Virus record (IMG/VR): IMGVR_UViG_3300042402_007287
Origin: a virus
Lineage: Duplodnaviria; Heunggongvirae; Uroviricota; Caudoviricetes
Reading direction: 5' to 3' (one strand)
DNA: 64,000 nt
Shown piece by piece: positions 35,364 to 47,122 of the stretch. A program made the position numbers and the translations under genes. The notes below the pieces were generated by a model that saw only the letters and a program-made list of their open reading frames with translations, had not been told where the DNA came from and did no database searches. Numbering within the stretch: position 1 is the first letter of the stretch; every line of letters begins with the position of its first letter.

Positions 35364-35570
35364 TTATTCTTCTTCATCTTCTTCTAATTCTTCAACATTA
35401 GTAACGGTATAATCTTCTCCTCCTGATGTTTCACGTTGCCAATGGTCATCGTTATCATCAACTTCACCATTCTCAACCATCTCAATTGCTTCATCTTCAG
35501 TTTCCGCTTCGACAGTATAAGTAACATATTCATCGATAGTTCTCACACCTGTTATAGTAAATCTTTTCAT
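35364..35570 (-). CDS. small very acidic protein
   Basis: 68-aa ORF. Confidence 0.35.
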   Translation of the reverse strand: MKRFTITGVRTIDEYVTYTVEAETEDEAIEMVENGEVDDNDDHWQRETSGGEDYTVTNVEELEEDEEE

Positions 35571-35782
35571 AGAAAATATTTTTTTATCGCTTCAAGTTTA
35601 TCATCAGCGTCAACCAACATTTGTAGAGCTTCTTCTGCATTTTTGTAGAAATCTCCTGTTGAATGGTCGCCTATTCCTGCCGCGTGGTTAGATAATAGTT
35701 CCAAAGTTAGAAGAGCTTTGGCTTTCTGTGCTTCAGCTTCAAGCTCAAGCATTTTGATTAAATGTTTTTTTACTTCTGCCAT
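35567..35782 (-). CDS. small helical protein
   Basis: 71-aa ORF. Confidence 0.35.
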   Translation of the reverse strand: MAEVKKHLIKMLELEAEAQKAKALLTLELLSNHAAGIGDHSTGDFYKNAEEALQMLVDADDKLEAIKKYFL

Positions 35783-36027
35783 TATTTTTTGTTTTTATGT
35801 TTTTCGGAACGTTGTCCTTTTTTATACGGTTTCTTTTCTACTTGTTCAGTAACTTGTTCAGTTTCCTGTTCGGTAGGTTTGGATTTTCTTGTTTCTTTTT
35901 TCCACTCAGATTTAGAAACGTAAGCCCAATAGTTACCTACCATGTTGTTTGCAACTTTGTCTTCGACTCTCCTAATTGTTCCGAGAGCAACATCTTTGGT
36001 TTCCTTGATTGATTTAATACACTTCAT
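35782..36027 (-). CDS. small basic protein
   Basis: 81-aa ORF. Confidence 0.35.
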   Translation of the reverse strand: MKCIKSIKETKDVALGTIRRVEDKVANNMVGNYWAYVSKSEWKKETRKSKPTEQETEQVTEQVEKKPYKKGQRSEKHKNKK

Positions 36028-36229
36028 TGGTTTTTTCCTCCATGTTTTGATTTATAATTGATAAAATTTCTTTGTCAGACTTACCTTCTTTGTATAGGTC
36101 GTAAATTTTCGAACTTAAAGAATCTTCGAAAATCAATGCATCGCTTTTACCATAATAACCTTTAAGATTATTAGATTCGAGTGCGAAAATACTATTTTTT
36201 GAATCCACGTATCTTTTATTGAAACCCAT
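36014..36229 (-). CDS. small protein
   Basis: 71-aa ORF. Confidence 0.3.
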   Translation of the reverse strand: MGFNKRYVDSKNSIFALESNNLKGYYGKSDALIFEDSLSSKIYDLYKEGKSDKEILSIINQNMEEKTNEVY

Positions 36230-36241
36230 GACACAAATATA

Positions 36242-37117
36242 TTACAATTGTATTGAAGTGTCAAAGTTTTTTAGAATTTCCATGTTGACAATTTGATAAA
36301 CATAAGTCATAAGTTTTCTCTTCATCATTGGAATGAAAGTTTGTTCCATCGGGAAGTTTTGGGAAGTTTTTACTTCGAATATAGGTAATAACTCACAACC
36401 AGATATTTCTTTCCAAGTTGAGGTTTCTAAAATAAGTTTACCTATTACTATATCTGTTTTGGGTCCTTCGTAAAGTAATTTTAAATATAACTTAGTTTGT
36501 TGTTCACCTTTATCTAACTTTTTGATTTCATACTCCCATATAAAAAGTTTTTCAATTTCTTTGAAATAAAAATAAACAAATCCTCTACCTGTTGATATGT
36601 TTTCCTTGTTCTTTCTAATTGATAAATGAATGTTGTCGAAGGCTAAATTCCAAATAGATTTTCCAATATTAAAAGTGTCGAAAAGTTTAGAACCAGAGAA
36701 TTTTATTGTTTTATCAAGTTCAGATTCTTCTTCAGGAGAAAGTTCTCTTGGTTTTTTTGGTAATAATTCTTTTAGAAGAATTTCATCATCACAAGATTCA
36801 AATTTTTTTGTAGTGAAAAGAATTAAATTTTCTTTGGCTAAGGATTGAAGATTTGCTAAGTGTAATGATAACTCAACAAAATCTGGATATATCTCAAGCT
36901 TGTCAAATCTTTTCTCACATTTTTGAATATAATCCAAGACAGTATATTTGTTATATTCAAAATCCAAAGGTTCTTTGAACATCCATTCAGGGTCTAACTT
37001 GAATTTTATGTTTTTCTTTCTCGGCATAATTAAAAATACTAAACCAAAAAATTTAATCAATTCTACATACCCAAAAGTATTGTCCCAAAACTTCTCTTTC
37101 GTCCATGTTACCATCAT
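36242..37117 (-). CDS. hypothetical protein; starting at the internal ATG (MPRKK, 37027) would remove the overlap with the upstream gene
   Basis: 291-aa ORF. Confidence 0.45.
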   Translation of the reverse strand: MMVTWTKEKFWDNTFGYVELIKFFGLVFLIMPRKKNIKFKLDPEWMFKEPLDFEYNKYTVLDYIQKCEKRFDKLEIYPDFVELSLHLANLQSLAKENLILFTTKKFESCDDEILLKELLPKKPRELSPEEESELDKTIKFSGSKLFDTFNIGKSIWNLAFDNIHLSIRKNKENISTGRGFVYFYFKEIEKLFIWEYEIKKLDKGEQQTKLYLKLLYEGPKTDIVIGKLILETSTWKEISGCELLPIFEVKTSQNFPMEQTFIPMMKRKLMTYVYQIVNMEILKNFDTSIQL

Positions 37118-38102
37118 AAGAGGCTAACATCCCATATCCATCCTCGTCGATTACACCATCTATAAAACTTTCTCTGTCAATATAATAATCGATTTCCATC
37201 CCATAATCATTCATATATTCGATGGGATTTCTACTTATATCAGTCATTTTTGTCTCAACAGCCCTATCAATCAAATGTTGAGGGATATCCCCTTCAGGAT
37301 TTGATTCAATTTCACTTATTTCTTGTTCCATTTCATCAACTTCTTCTTGTAACTCATCGATTTTATCTTGTACCAATTCATCAACATCTTCATCTCCTGT
37401 AAGTCTTTCTTCTAACAAACTAATGAGTCCTTCAACTTTAGATATTCTTTCTTTGTAAATCTCTATTTTTTCCTTCTGTTGAGTAGACAATTCTCTATCA
37501 TCATCATCAAAATACACATCTGGATTATTCGTGATATCGTCTTCAAAAATACTTTCAAACTCACTCAAAACTTTTTCTTCATCGATGTGATTTTCCATAA
37601 ATCCTTTTCTAAATCCCTCGTAACCTATATCATCAATAAGCTGGCTTACATATTCCTCCGCAGATTCTTGAACCTCCGTTTCTGTACCTACTGCATATGT
37701 TTTACTCGTTACCTTGGGAATTTCAAATTGAGTCATATCATAATACTGTCCGTTTGGAATTATGTCATAAACATCAATTTTATTATCGAATTCATCTATT
37801 TCGTCTTCCAAATCAGAAATTTCATCCAATAATTCAGCTTTTTCATCTTCGTCATCTGTTGTATTGTAAGTTTGGTTCAACTCCTCAATTTTTTCAGAAA
37901 TTCTTTTTTTATTTTCCAAATCTTCGGGTGTGAGAACCTCTAACTCTGACTCATACTCTAAATAATACAACAAAGCCCAAGCCTTTCTACCCTCAAGTGG
38001 ACAATTGATATCAAGTTCCCACTCTTTGTTCTCTCTTCTCCTATCACCCTTCAACTCCTCTGAGTAATCAACCTTTTCTGATAATATTTGGGAAAATTTC
38101 AT
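37053..38102 (-). CDS. hypothetical highly acidic protein
   Basis: 349 aa rich in D/E, probably coiled coil. Confidence 0.5.
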   Translation of the reverse strand: MKFSQILSEKVDYSEELKGDRRRENKEWELDINCPLEGRKAWALLYYLEYESELEVLTPEDLENKKRISEKIEELNQTYNTTDDEDEKAELLDEISDLEDEIDEFDNKIDVYDIIPNGQYYDMTQFEIPKVTSKTYAVGTETEVQESAEEYVSQLIDDIGYEGFRKGFMENHIDEEKVLSEFESIFEDDITNNPDVYFDDDDRELSTQQKEKIEIYKERISKVEGLISLLEERLTGDEDVDELVQDKIDELQEEVDEMEQEISEIESNPEGDIPQHLIDRAVETKMTDISRNPIEYMNDYGMEIDYYIDRESFIDGVIDEDGYGMLASYDGNMDEREVLGQYFWVCRID

Positions 38103-38189
38103 CTAATTTTTATTTAATAAATATCTTTTCATTCTTATATTTCGATTCGACACTATTTATAACAATAAACTTATTTCAAATCAAAAATT

Positions 38190-38360
38190 ATGGGATGCGG
38201 TTGTAAAAACAAAGGTAATCAAACTCCTCAACCTCAAGTGAATAACCAACAACTTCAGGAAGCTCAAAAAACTCCACAAGAACAGGTTAAAGATGCCGTG
38301 AAAAAAACAATTGAAAAATATTATACGGCTCAAAAATCTAATGGTTGGGTCAGAAAATAA
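38190..38360 (+). CDS. small protein, 57 aa (MGCGCKNKGNQTPQPQ...)
   Basis: Manual translation. Followed by the terminator at 38381..38408. First + strand gene after the divergent region. Confidence 0.35.
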   Translation: MGCGCKNKGNQTPQPQVNNQQLQEAQKTPQEQVKDAVKKTIEKYYTAQKSNGWVRK

Positions 38361-38380
38361 TCTGAAAAAGGTATTTTATA

Positions 38381-38408
38381 AAAAGGGACAAAATTTGTCC
38401 CTTTTTTT
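38381..38408 (+). terminator. rho-independent terminator GGGAC-aaaattt-GTCCC plus T7
   Basis: Directly downstream of the small ORF. Confidence 0.5.
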
Positions 38409-38420
38409 GTATTTATATGT

Positions 38421-39404
38421 ATGAATTGGCAAGAAATTATAAGTGATTTTAATGATGGTGACACATGGGCGTTGAAATACTTCAACAATGATTATGATGA
38501 TTTTTTTGCGGTGCTTAAATCGAAAAAACTTTTTCATTTATTAGACCCATTAGCCAATGACAGTAGAGAATGGCAAAACCAATATTTCATTTGGACCATG
38601 GAGAATGATAAACAAGAGTTTTACAAATACATGAATCGCATTTTAGGAGATGTTCAAATTGATGAAAAAGGTGATGCTTATTTGATTTTGGACGACAGAA
38701 AAGAATTAGCAACACTTTTTTGTGATAGTAGTAGAGATTTTTCACGAGACACCATTGAGAATATCTTGGGTGAGGATAATGATTGGTTTGAATATTATTC
38801 AGAAACAACTGATGATGTTCATAGAGACGTGGTTGAGGAATTAAATCAAGAAAATTTGAAAACTTTATACAAGAAGATTATAGATGATTTAAAAAATGAA
38901 CGGGTAGAAACAGAGACTGAGGAACTAGAATTGATTGCCTCTGAACAAGGTCATCCAGACTACGTTGAAGTAAACGAATCAAACATAGCCAGAATTGTGG
39001 ATGATAGAGATACATTCAATGAATTGATGAAAAAATATTTGGATATTGAAGGTGATTTGTATAGAATACACTCCGACGCTTACAATTCAGCATATGAGAG
39101 TCAAATTTATAAAAATATAATGAATGAATTGGGTGATTATTTCTATGAGGGTGAGTGGATATCATCCCCACATCCTTATAAAAAAGATACTATGAAGTAT
39201 CAATACAAAATGAAAATAAAGGATTTCGAAGGACAAATTTACGATTTCTTACATAACAAGTATTCAAACGCAATTGAAGATGAGGCGTATTTTATTAGAA
39301 TATTAGACGAAAACAATGATTGTTTGTACCCAAGGATTTCTGACTACCCCGATAGTAGAGAGGTCGATAAAAATATAAACATGTATTTCAGTGATTTTTT
39401 CTGA
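38421..39404 (+). CDS. hypothetical acidic protein
   Basis: 327-aa ORF. Confidence 0.5.
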   Translation: MNWQEIISDFNDGDTWALKYFNNDYDDFFAVLKSKKLFHLLDPLANDSREWQNQYFIWTMENDKQEFYKYMNRILGDVQIDEKGDAYLILDDRKELATLFCDSSRDFSRDTIENILGEDNDWFEYYSETTDDVHRDVVEELNQENLKTLYKKIIDDLKNERVETETEELELIASEQGHPDYVEVNESNIARIVDDRDTFNELMKKYLDIEGDLYRIHSDAYNSAYESQIYKNIMNELGDYFYEGEWISSPHPYKKDTMKYQYKMKIKDFEGQIYDFLHNKYSNAIEDEAYFIRILDENNDCLYPRISDYPDSREVDKNINMYFSDFF

Positions 39405-40186
39405 TGAATAATAAAAGTATAAATACCATTCATGAGAGGGTTCAAAGTCCACCTAAAAACCCCCCGAAGAATATTAAAAACATTCTATCTAAGATTAGAT
39501 TGTTTGAGATATTCCCAAAGATTTTTGCCGTTGTAATTAAAGATGATAAACTCCGTGCAAGAGTTTTCATGCGTTATCAAGAATTTTATGAGTCAGACTC
39601 AGAGACATTCAGAGGACAAGGTTTTAAATGGGTCGATTTTGTCAAATTCTATAAGGAAAAAACTAAGAATGACATTTTCACTTACCATGAAGATTGGTCT
39701 GGTTATAATTTACCGTGTGATTCAATCGAATCGTGTATAAAAGTAATTCCTGACATAAATTATTTTGACCTTATTATGTTTTCAATTATTGATACCATAA
39801 AAGAAAAAACAGGTAACAACAATTTTTATTTAATCGGTATCGACCAAACAGATGGAGAGGACTTGAGTTTAATCTATCATGAATTAGCACATGGGTTGTG
39901 GTATAGTTCACCTAACTATAAAAACTTACAATCTTATAATATCAATAACCTAAATCCATCTACATTAGATTCCATGACAAGAAAAATCAAAAACATGGGT
40001 TATGGTGAAAATGTAATTGATGATGAGATTCAAGCATATTTATCTACAGGGATTTTACCTGATATGGCAAGAATAAAAGACATCAAGAAAGCTCAGGTGA
40101 CCTTCAAGAACTCTTTTGATAAATTCGTAAGTAAAATAAGTCTCAAAGAGATTCCAATAAATTGGGGGGTAGATTTACAAAAATGA
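39404..40186 (+). CDS. HExxH motif protein (LIYHELAHGLWY), putative metallopeptidase-like
   Basis: 260 aa. Possible paralog of the next gene. Confidence 0.45.
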   Translation: MNNKSINTIHERVQSPPKNPPKNIKNILSKIRLFEIFPKIFAVVIKDDKLRARVFMRYQEFYESDSETFRGQGFKWVDFVKFYKEKTKNDIFTYHEDWSGYNLPCDSIESCIKVIPDINYFDLIMFSIIDTIKEKTGNNNFYLIGIDQTDGEDLSLIYHELAHGLWYSSPNYKNLQSYNINNLNPSTLDSMTRKIKNMGYGENVIDDEIQAYLSTGILPDMARIKDIKKAQVTFKNSFDKFVSKISLKEIPINWGVDLQK

Positions 40187-41034
40187 ATAAAATAAGAAAT
40201 ATAATCACCAATCTAATATTGGAGGCACAGAGATATAAATTTTCTGATGATGTGAGAGATAGAATGAAATCCGTCACAGAAAAATTATGGTCTGATAGAA
40301 ATAAACCTTATAAAGGAAAAGAACTAGTTGATGTCATTCCTTTTAAATTAGCCGATGGAGTAGAGGGTTTAGCTAGAGTCGTGGTAAACCCAAGACTACC
40401 CTACATGGGTCAGATGGGTACAAAACCTCAAAAGTCAGTCGACCCGGCAGATATTGTAATCGAAGTAAATCCAAAACACTACGAGTCAAAAAAAACACTT
40501 TATCTTACACTATATCATGAAATGATACATGCCAGTGACCCAACACAATCTCATTTGTTTAGTCCCAAATATATGGTGACTTACAATGAGAAATCAGATA
40601 AAGATTATTGGGGTCATCCAATAGAATTTTTTGCAATTTCAAATGAATTTTTGGAGGGTTTGGTTCTCGAATTTGAAAGAAGAGTTAAAAGAAACAGAAA
40701 AATTGAAAACCTACAATTTTTAGAAAAATCATTAAAAAATATAATCAATTATTTTGCCAAGGGTGACCCACTATCTAAACTCTCGAAGGATATTTTATTT
40801 AGAATAAATGATGAACATTTGGGAAATGACCTTATCAGAGTTTTCAAAAATTTAACCACCGATAATCCTCAACTTGCAGATTTTATGTCTGAGAGAGGAG
40901 GAGAAGAACCTTACTACATTTATTATGTTGAATTGATTAAAAAGTATAACCCAGAAATTTGGAAAAAATTTCTGTCGATGTTATACCAAACTGGTTTCGA
41001 AATAAGAGATTTAATTCAAAAGACCGAAATCTAA
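40183..41034 (+). CDS. HExxH motif protein ([13 protein letters not shown]); start set to the ATG at 40183 ([16 protein letters not shown])
   Basis: The track start at 40162 overlaps the upstream gene. ATG 40183 forms an ATGA junction. Confidence 0.45.
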   Translation: MNKIRNIITNLILEAQRYKFSDDVRDRMKSVTEKLWSDRNKPYKGKELVDVIPFKLADGVEGLARVVVNPRLPYMGQMGTKPQKSVDPADIVIEVNPKHYESKKTLYLTLYHEMIHASDPTQSHLFSPKYMVTYNEKSDKDYWGHPIEFFAISNEFLEGLVLEFERRVKRNRKIENLQFLEKSLKNIINYFAKGDPLSKLSKDILFRINDEHLGNDLIRVFKNLTTDNPQLADFMSERGGEEPYYIYYVELIKKYNPEIWKKFLSMLYQTGFEIRDLIQKTEI

Positions 41035-44000
41035 ATAAGTCCTCTTTCCTTGGCTATTGTCTCTAACTCATCAAGTTTTATTTCTTTAGATTCCAAAATC
41101 AAGGATTGTTCTTTAATGGCTTCTAAACAAACAGCTATTACTTCAGCATATTTTACCATGAAATATGCGTTCTCGGTGTTTTTCTTGAAAACCAATTCAG
41201 GTAATATATGACCTATTTCTTGGGCAATGAATCCAATATCATGTTTACCTGATTGGGATGTTTCATCATTTAATTTATTCCAATAGAATGAAACACCTCT
41301 CAATTTCAGGACTTTTTCTAGTGGGGATTGTATTTCTTTTACGTCCTTTTTTAATCTTAGGTCAGAACCAGTGGTACCTTGTGCACCTTGAGCACCTTGT
41401 AAACCATTTGGACCGGTTGCACCTTGTGCACCTTGTGGACCTTGACCACCTTGTGGTCCTTGGGCACCTTGACCCCCCTGAGGTCCTTGAGCTCCTGTGG
41501 CACCACCACCGCCTTGAGCACCTTGGCCTCCTTGCGGACCTTGAGCACCTTGAGCACCTTGGGCACCACCACCGCCTTGAGAACCTTGTCCTCCGGCGGT
41601 ACCCTGAGCCCCTGTGGGACCTTGAGAACCTTGTCCACCTATTGGACCTTTGGGACCTTGAGCTCCTTGAGCACCTTGAGCACCTCCAGGTCCTGTTGGA
41701 CCCTGAGCCCCTTGAGCTCCTCCTCCACCTTGGGAACCTTGACCTCCCGTAGGACCTTGAGCCCCTTGAGCACCACCAGGTCCTTGAGCTCCTTGAGCAC
41801 CTTGACCTCCCGTAGGACCTTGAGCCCCTTGAGCACCACCAGGTCCTTGAGCTCCTTGAGCACCTTGACCTCCCGTAGGACCCGTAGGTCCTTTGGGACC
41901 AATAGGACCAGGAACACCAGTTGCACCGTTTGCACCGATATGACCTTGTGGTCCCTGTGCACCTTGTCCTCCCTGAGCACCTTGTGCACCTTGACCCCCT
42001 TTAGGTCCTGTGATACCTGTAGGTCCAGTAGGTCCTTGCGCACCTTGTGCACCTTGACCTCCAGTTGTTCCTTGAAAACCTTGTGAACCGACGGGCCCTT
42101 GAGCACCTTGGGCACCTTGTCCACCACCTCCACCTTGAGCACCTTGTGAACCTGTGGCTCCTTGTGCTCCCTGAGCACCTTGTCCGCCACCAGGACCAGT
42201 TGCACCTTGAGCTCCTTGTGAACCTTGAGCTCCTTGTGCACCCTGTCCTCCTTGTGAACCTTGACTACCAACAGCTCCTTGAGCACCTTGAGCACCTTGA
42301 GCTCCGGCGACGCCCTGAGAACCTTGAGCTCCTGTGGCACCTTGTGCACCTTGGGAACCTTGAGCACCTTGCCCACCTTGTGAACCTTGTGCACCTACGG
42401 GACCTGTCGTTCCTTGTGCTCCTTGTGCACCCTGTCCTCCACCTCCACCTTGAGCACCTTGGGCTCCAACTATACCTTGAGCTCCTTGTGCACCTTGTCC
42501 TCCTCCGGCACCTTGAGAACCTTGGGCTCCTGTGGGTCCTTGAGAACCCTGAGCACCTTGACCTCCTGTAGCTCCTTGAGCTCCTTGGGCACCTGTTGTA
42601 CCTTGAGCCCCTTGGGCACCTTGTCCTCCTTGGGAACCTTGAGCACCTTGGGCTCCTGTTGAACCTTGGGCTCCTTGAGCTCCTGTTCCACCTTGTGAAC
42701 CTTGTGAACCTTGGGCTCCTGTTGAACCTTGAGCACCTTGGGCTCCTGTTCCACCTTGGGAACCTTGGGCTCCTGTTGAACCTTGAGCACCTTGGGCTCC
42801 TTGAGCACCTTGTGGACCTTTAGGACCTTGGGCACCTTGAGCACCTTGTCCTCCCTGAGCTCCTTGAGCTCCTTGACCACCTTGGGACCCTTGCGCACCT
42901 GTTAAACCTTGTGAACCTTGTGCTCCTTGAGCACCCTGTCCACCTTGGGAACCTTGAGCTCCTGTAGGACCGAGAGCCCCTTGTGCTCCTTGAGCACCTT
43001 GCCCACCTTGAGCTCCTTGAGCTCCTGTGAGACCGACAGCCCCTTGAGCTCCTTGAGCCCCTTGTCCACCCTGAGCTCCTTGAGCACCTGTAGGACCAAC
43101 TGCGCCTTGAGCACCTTGAGCACCTTGTCCCCCTTGGGAACCTTGGGCTCCTGTTGTACCTTGGGAACCTTGAGCACCTTGGGCACCTTGTCCACCTTGT
43201 GCCCCTTGAGCACCTGTGAGACCTTTAGCCCCTTGTGAACCTTGAGCGCCCTGTCCACCCTGTGCTCCTTGCGAACCTTGAGCACCTGTTGAACCTTGGG
43301 CTCCTTGGGCTCCTTGACCACCTTGAGAACCTTGAGCTCCTGTGGGTCCCAAAGTTCCTTGTGAACCCTGAGCACCTTGTCCTCCTTGAGCTCCTTGTGA
43401 ACCCTGAGCACCTGTAAAACCTTGTGAGCCTTGTGAACCTTGACCACCTTGTGAACCTTGTGCACCTGTAGGTCCTTGTGACCCTTGAGCACCTTGAGCA
43501 CCTTGTCCCCCTTGAGCACCCTGAGAACCTTGGGCACCTGTTGAACCTTGGGTACCCTGTGCTCCTTGACCCCCTTGAGCTCCTTGAGCACCAGTAGAAC
43601 CTTGTGAACCTTGAGCACCCGTTGGACCTTGAGGTAATTTAGCTCCGACCCATCCTGTTGAATTTATTAAATCTCCCGAGGCATTTGCAAGTTTGTTAGT
43701 AAGTGTTATTGACCCCCCACTGACTCTGAGGTTTGGATAGGAAGTACTTATTCTTGCTAAAGTGGAAGTTAAAGTTCCAAATTTCAACTCACCATTCTCC
43801 ATATACCAGTTAGTGGCAGTTCCTCCAGAATCTATAAGTTGAAAATTGGCTCCATCAGGATAAACAATTATATTTTCATCACCTGAAAATTCAGTACATT
43901 TTCTAACCTCCGTGACAGTTCCTGTCCTATTTATCTTCCAAACCGTTGTATCAACAGAATCCTTTAGATATAAATTAGGTAATAATGGAGAGAAAGTAAT

Positions 44001-44138
44001 AACATTAGTATAACCTGCATCTGTATAGACTACACAACCTCCACTTAGTGATGGACACGGTGTATAAATAGTCTGTGATGCCACAGAATTACACGCATTT
44101 AGATAACTCGTCCCTGAATATACTACGTATGATGCCAT
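41031..44138 (-). CDS. collagen-like (Gly-X-Y) fibre protein, 1035 aa, with a C-terminal intramolecular-chaperone auto-processing (peptidase S74) domain
   Basis: About 730 residues of GAQGSQG-type triplets. The C-terminus [12 protein letters not shown]...FYWN... matches the S74 S|DxRLKxNI cleavage motif of phage tail fibres. Confidence 0.85.
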   Translation of the reverse strand: MASYVVYSGTSYLNACNSVASQTIYTPCPSLSGGCVVYTDAGYTNVITFSPLLPNLYLKDSVDTTVWKINRTGTVTEVRKCTEFSGDENIIVYPDGANFQLIDSGGTATNWYMENGELKFGTLTSTLARISTSYPNLRVSGGSITLTNKLANASGDLINSTGWVGAKLPQGPTGAQGSQGSTGAQGAQGGQGAQGTQGSTGAQGSQGAQGGQGAQGAQGSQGPTGAQGSQGGQGSQGSQGFTGAQGSQGAQGGQGAQGSQGTLGPTGAQGSQGGQGAQGAQGSTGAQGSQGAQGGQGAQGSQGAKGLTGAQGAQGGQGAQGAQGSQGTTGAQGSQGGQGAQGAQGAVGPTGAQGAQGGQGAQGAQGAVGLTGAQGAQGGQGAQGAQGALGPTGAQGSQGGQGAQGAQGSQGLTGAQGSQGGQGAQGAQGGQGAQGAQGPKGPQGAQGAQGAQGSTGAQGSQGGTGAQGAQGSTGAQGSQGSQGGTGAQGAQGSTGAQGAQGSQGGQGAQGAQGTTGAQGAQGATGGQGAQGSQGPTGAQGSQGAGGGQGAQGAQGIVGAQGAQGGGGGQGAQGAQGTTGPVGAQGSQGGQGAQGSQGAQGATGAQGSQGVAGAQGAQGAQGAVGSQGSQGGQGAQGAQGSQGAQGATGPGGGQGAQGAQGATGSQGAQGGGGGQGAQGAQGPVGSQGFQGTTGGQGAQGAQGPTGPTGITGPKGGQGAQGAQGGQGAQGPQGHIGANGATGVPGPIGPKGPTGPTGGQGAQGAQGPGGAQGAQGPTGGQGAQGAQGPGGAQGAQGPTGGQGSQGGGGAQGAQGPTGPGGAQGAQGAQGPKGPIGGQGSQGPTGAQGTAGGQGSQGGGGAQGAQGAQGPQGGQGAQGGGGATGAQGPQGGQGAQGPQGGQGPQGAQGATGPNGLQGAQGAQGTTGSDLRLKKDVKEIQSPLEKVLKLRGVSFYWNKLNDETSQSGKHDIGFIAQEIGHILPELVFKKNTENAYFMVKYAEVIAVCLEAIKEQSLILESKEIKLDELETIAKERGLI
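41753..41878. repeat. perfect 63-nt tandem duplication inside collagen-like gene 1
   Basis: The unit encodes a repeated 21-aa [21 protein letters not shown] block. Confidence 0.6.
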
Positions 44139-47122
44139 TAGTTCACTACTTGTTTTAATCTATTTATTCTATCTTTCACTGACAATATTCTTTTTTGATT
44201 CTCTTTAATTGATGCGAAGGCTAAACTAACCAAGAGTCCATAATCCATAGATTTGTATCCATCAGTTGGGTCAGTGTCAACAATCTCAGGAAATACTTTT
44301 TCTACATCTTGAGCTATGAATCCATAAGTATCACCTGTGAACGCTTCTTTAGCATTCAGGTGCTTATGAAATTTAATTTTAGGATGTTCATGGTCCCAAG
44401 TAAATTTAACACCTTGGATTTGTTTCAGACGGGTGAGAGGTTCTTTGAATTCAACTATATTATCTTTTAATCTTTTATCTGACTTAGCGCCTTGTGCTCC
44501 CTGAGCACCTGTGGCACCTGTTGGGCCTGTTGGGCCTGTATTCCCCTTGAAACCTGTTGGGCCTGTTGGGCCTGTGGCACCACCAACACCTGTCGGACCT
44601 TGAGCCCCCTGTGGTCCTGGTACACCTGGAGCACCCTGAGTACTTCCAGCAAATCCTGTGGCTCCTTGAGCACCTGTGGCTCCTGTTCCACCAGGAGCAC
44701 CTGTAGGACCCGTGGCTCCTGTAGCTCCTTGGGACCCTTGTGCACCTGTGTTCCCTCCACCTCCAGTCAATCCTTGTGGACCTTGGGCTCCTTGCGGACC
44801 AGGACCGGGTCCTGTAGAACCTTGAGCACCTTGAGGTCCTGTAGAACCTTGTGCTCCCGAAGTAGCACTTTGAGAACCTTGAGCACCTTGAGCACCTTGA
44901 ACTCCAGGTGCTCCCTGAGCCCCTTGATTAGCACCCTGTGCACCTTGTGCTCCTTGAGCTCCTTGAACTCCAGGTGCCCCTTGAGCGCCTTGGTTAGCAC
45001 CCTGTGCTCCTTGACTTCCCTGAGTACCTTGACCTCCCTGAGCACCTTGAGCACCTTGTGTCGTATTATTTGGTCCAATTGCACCTTGTGCACCTTGTGG
45101 ACCTGTAGCACCTTGTGCACCCTGATTGGCTCCTTGTGCTCCCTGAGAACCTTGAGCACCTTGAGCTCCTTGAGCCCCCTGTGCTCCCTGATTAGCACCT
45201 TGTGCACCCTGTGAACCCTGAGCACCTTGTGGACCTGTCGCACCTTGGGCTCCTTGATTAGCACCTTGAGCACCTTGAGCACCTTGAGCTCCTGTAGCAC
45301 CCGTAGCACCTTGTGCTCCTTGATTAGCACCTTGGGCTCCTTGTGCTCCTGTAGCTCCTTGTGCACCGACTGCTCCTGTAGCACCGGCACTTCCACCTTG
45401 AGCACCTTGTGCCCCTTGGGGACCTGTAGCACCCTGAGCTCCTGCCTGTCCTGTTATACCACTTTGGGCACCTTGAGCTCCTTGAGGACCTGTTGCACCT
45501 TGCGCACCCGTGGCACCTGCACTTCCACCTTGGGCTCCTTGAGCACCTTGAGGTCCTTTTGGACCTTGAGCGCCCTGAGCACCTGGACTGGCACCCTGGG
45601 CTCCCTGAGCACCTTGAGCACCTTGAGGACCTGTAGCACCCTGAGCTCCTGTATTTGCACCTTGAGCCCCCTGAGCACCTTGAGCACCTTGAGGACCTGT
45701 GGCGCCTTGAGCACCTTGTACACCCCCTTGGGCTCCTGTCGCCCCCTGAGCACCTTGAGGTCCTGTGGCGCCTTGAGCACCTGTATTTGCACCTTGGGCT
45801 CCTTGAGCACCTTGAGCTCCCGCTGCTCCTGTTGCACCCTGAGCACCTTGTACTCCTCCTTGAGCTCCTATTGCTCCTTGTGCACCTTGTGGTCCTGTGG
45901 CACCTTGAGCTCCTTGGGTACCTCCTTGAGCACCTGTAGAACCTTGTGCACCTTGAGCACCTGTTGCACCTTGGGCACCTTGAAGTCCACCTTGTAATCC
46001 CTGAGCCCCTTGAGCTCCTTGAGGTCCTGTTGCACCTTGTGCTCCTTGTACTCCTCCTTGTGCACCTTGTGCTCCTTGTACCCCCGTAGGACCTGTAGCC
46101 CCTTGAGCACCTTGTACTCCTCCTTGAGCACCTTGAGCTCCTTGAGCACCTTGACCACCTTGAGCACCTTGAGCTCCTGTGTTTGCCCCTTGGGCCCCTT
46201 GAGCACCTTGTGGTCCTGTAGTACCTATAGCACCTTGAGCACCTTGTACTCCTCCTTGAGCACCTGTAGCACCTTGTGTACCCTGAGTACCCTGAGCACC
46301 TTGTGCACCAGTATTTCCTCCCTGAGCACCTTGTGCACCTTGAGTTCCCTGTGCACCTTGAGCACCTTGGGCTCCGGTATTGGCTCCTTGAGCTCCCTGA
46401 GCACCTAAATCACCTGTGGCACCGACGGCACCTTGAGCACCTTGAACTCCTCCTGTAGCACCTACCGCTCCTTGGGCTCCTTGGGGACCTGTCGCACCCT
46501 GAGCACCTGTGTTTGCACCTTGAGCACCTTGAGCACCTTGAGCTCCCTGACCACCCTGAGCACCCTGAGCTCCAACTGTTCCTCCTTGAGCACCTTGAGC
46601 TCCTTGGTTACCTTGAGCTCCTGTGGCTCCTTGAGCACCCGTATTTCCACCCTGAGCTCCTGTGGCACCCTGAGCTCCTTGAGACCCAATTGTACCTTGA
46701 GCACCTTGTGTTGTGTTTGCCGCACCTTGTGCGCCTGTTGCTCCTTGGGCACCTGTAGCACCTTGAGCTCCTGTATTTGCACCTTGAGCTCCTTGAGCTC
46801 CCTGACCACCTTGGGCTCCCTGAGCACCTTGAGCTCCCTGAGCACCAGCGATACCGGCAGTTGGTCCGACCCAAACACCTCCAGAACCTATGAATTGTGA
46901 GGCGTTGAAATATAGTGACTGTGCGGAAGCCCCTGAGGTTGTGACACCATTGTCTGAACCTTTTGTACCAATTACAAAATTATTTGAAATTGACCCAGCA
47001 GACAGACTTATTGCGTCAGTTAAAACGTTGAATTGTAATTTATTAGTTCCATCATCAAAAATAAAATGAGGGTCAGTGTTCCACGTTCTACCGGTAGGAT
47101 ATATAATTACATTAGATGGCAT
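44138..47122 (-). CDS. collagen-like fibre protein, 994 aa, with a C-terminal S74 chaperone domain
   Basis: C-terminus [18 protein letters not shown]...[10 protein letters not shown]. Joined to the flanking genes by TAATG overlaps. Confidence 0.85.
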   Translation of the reverse strand: MPSNVIIYPTGRTWNTDPHFIFDDGTNKLQFNVLTDAISLSAGSISNNFVIGTKGSDNGVTTSGASAQSLYFNASQFIGSGGVWVGPTAGIAGAQGAQGAQGAQGGQGAQGAQGANTGAQGATGAQGATGAQGAANTTQGAQGTIGSQGAQGATGAQGGNTGAQGATGAQGNQGAQGAQGGTVGAQGAQGGQGAQGAQGAQGANTGAQGATGPQGAQGAVGATGGVQGAQGAVGATGDLGAQGAQGANTGAQGAQGAQGTQGAQGAQGGNTGAQGAQGTQGTQGATGAQGGVQGAQGAIGTTGPQGAQGAQGANTGAQGAQGGQGAQGAQGAQGGVQGAQGATGPTGVQGAQGAQGGVQGAQGATGPQGAQGAQGLQGGLQGAQGATGAQGAQGSTGAQGGTQGAQGATGPQGAQGAIGAQGGVQGAQGATGAAGAQGAQGAQGANTGAQGATGPQGAQGATGAQGGVQGAQGATGPQGAQGAQGAQGANTGAQGATGPQGAQGAQGAQGASPGAQGAQGPKGPQGAQGAQGGSAGATGAQGATGPQGAQGAQSGITGQAGAQGATGPQGAQGAQGGSAGATGAVGAQGATGAQGAQGANQGAQGATGATGAQGAQGAQGANQGAQGATGPQGAQGSQGAQGANQGAQGAQGAQGAQGSQGAQGANQGAQGATGPQGAQGAIGPNNTTQGAQGAQGGQGTQGSQGAQGANQGAQGAPGVQGAQGAQGAQGANQGAQGAPGVQGAQGAQGSQSATSGAQGSTGPQGAQGSTGPGPGPQGAQGPQGLTGGGGNTGAQGSQGATGATGPTGAPGGTGATGAQGATGFAGSTQGAPGVPGPQGAQGPTGVGGATGPTGPTGFKGNTGPTGPTGATGAQGAQGAKSDKRLKDNIVEFKEPLTRLKQIQGVKFTWDHEHPKIKFHKHLNAKEAFTGDTYGFIAQDVEKVFPEIVDTDPTDGYKSMDYGLLVSLAFASIKENQKRILSVKDRINRLKQVVN

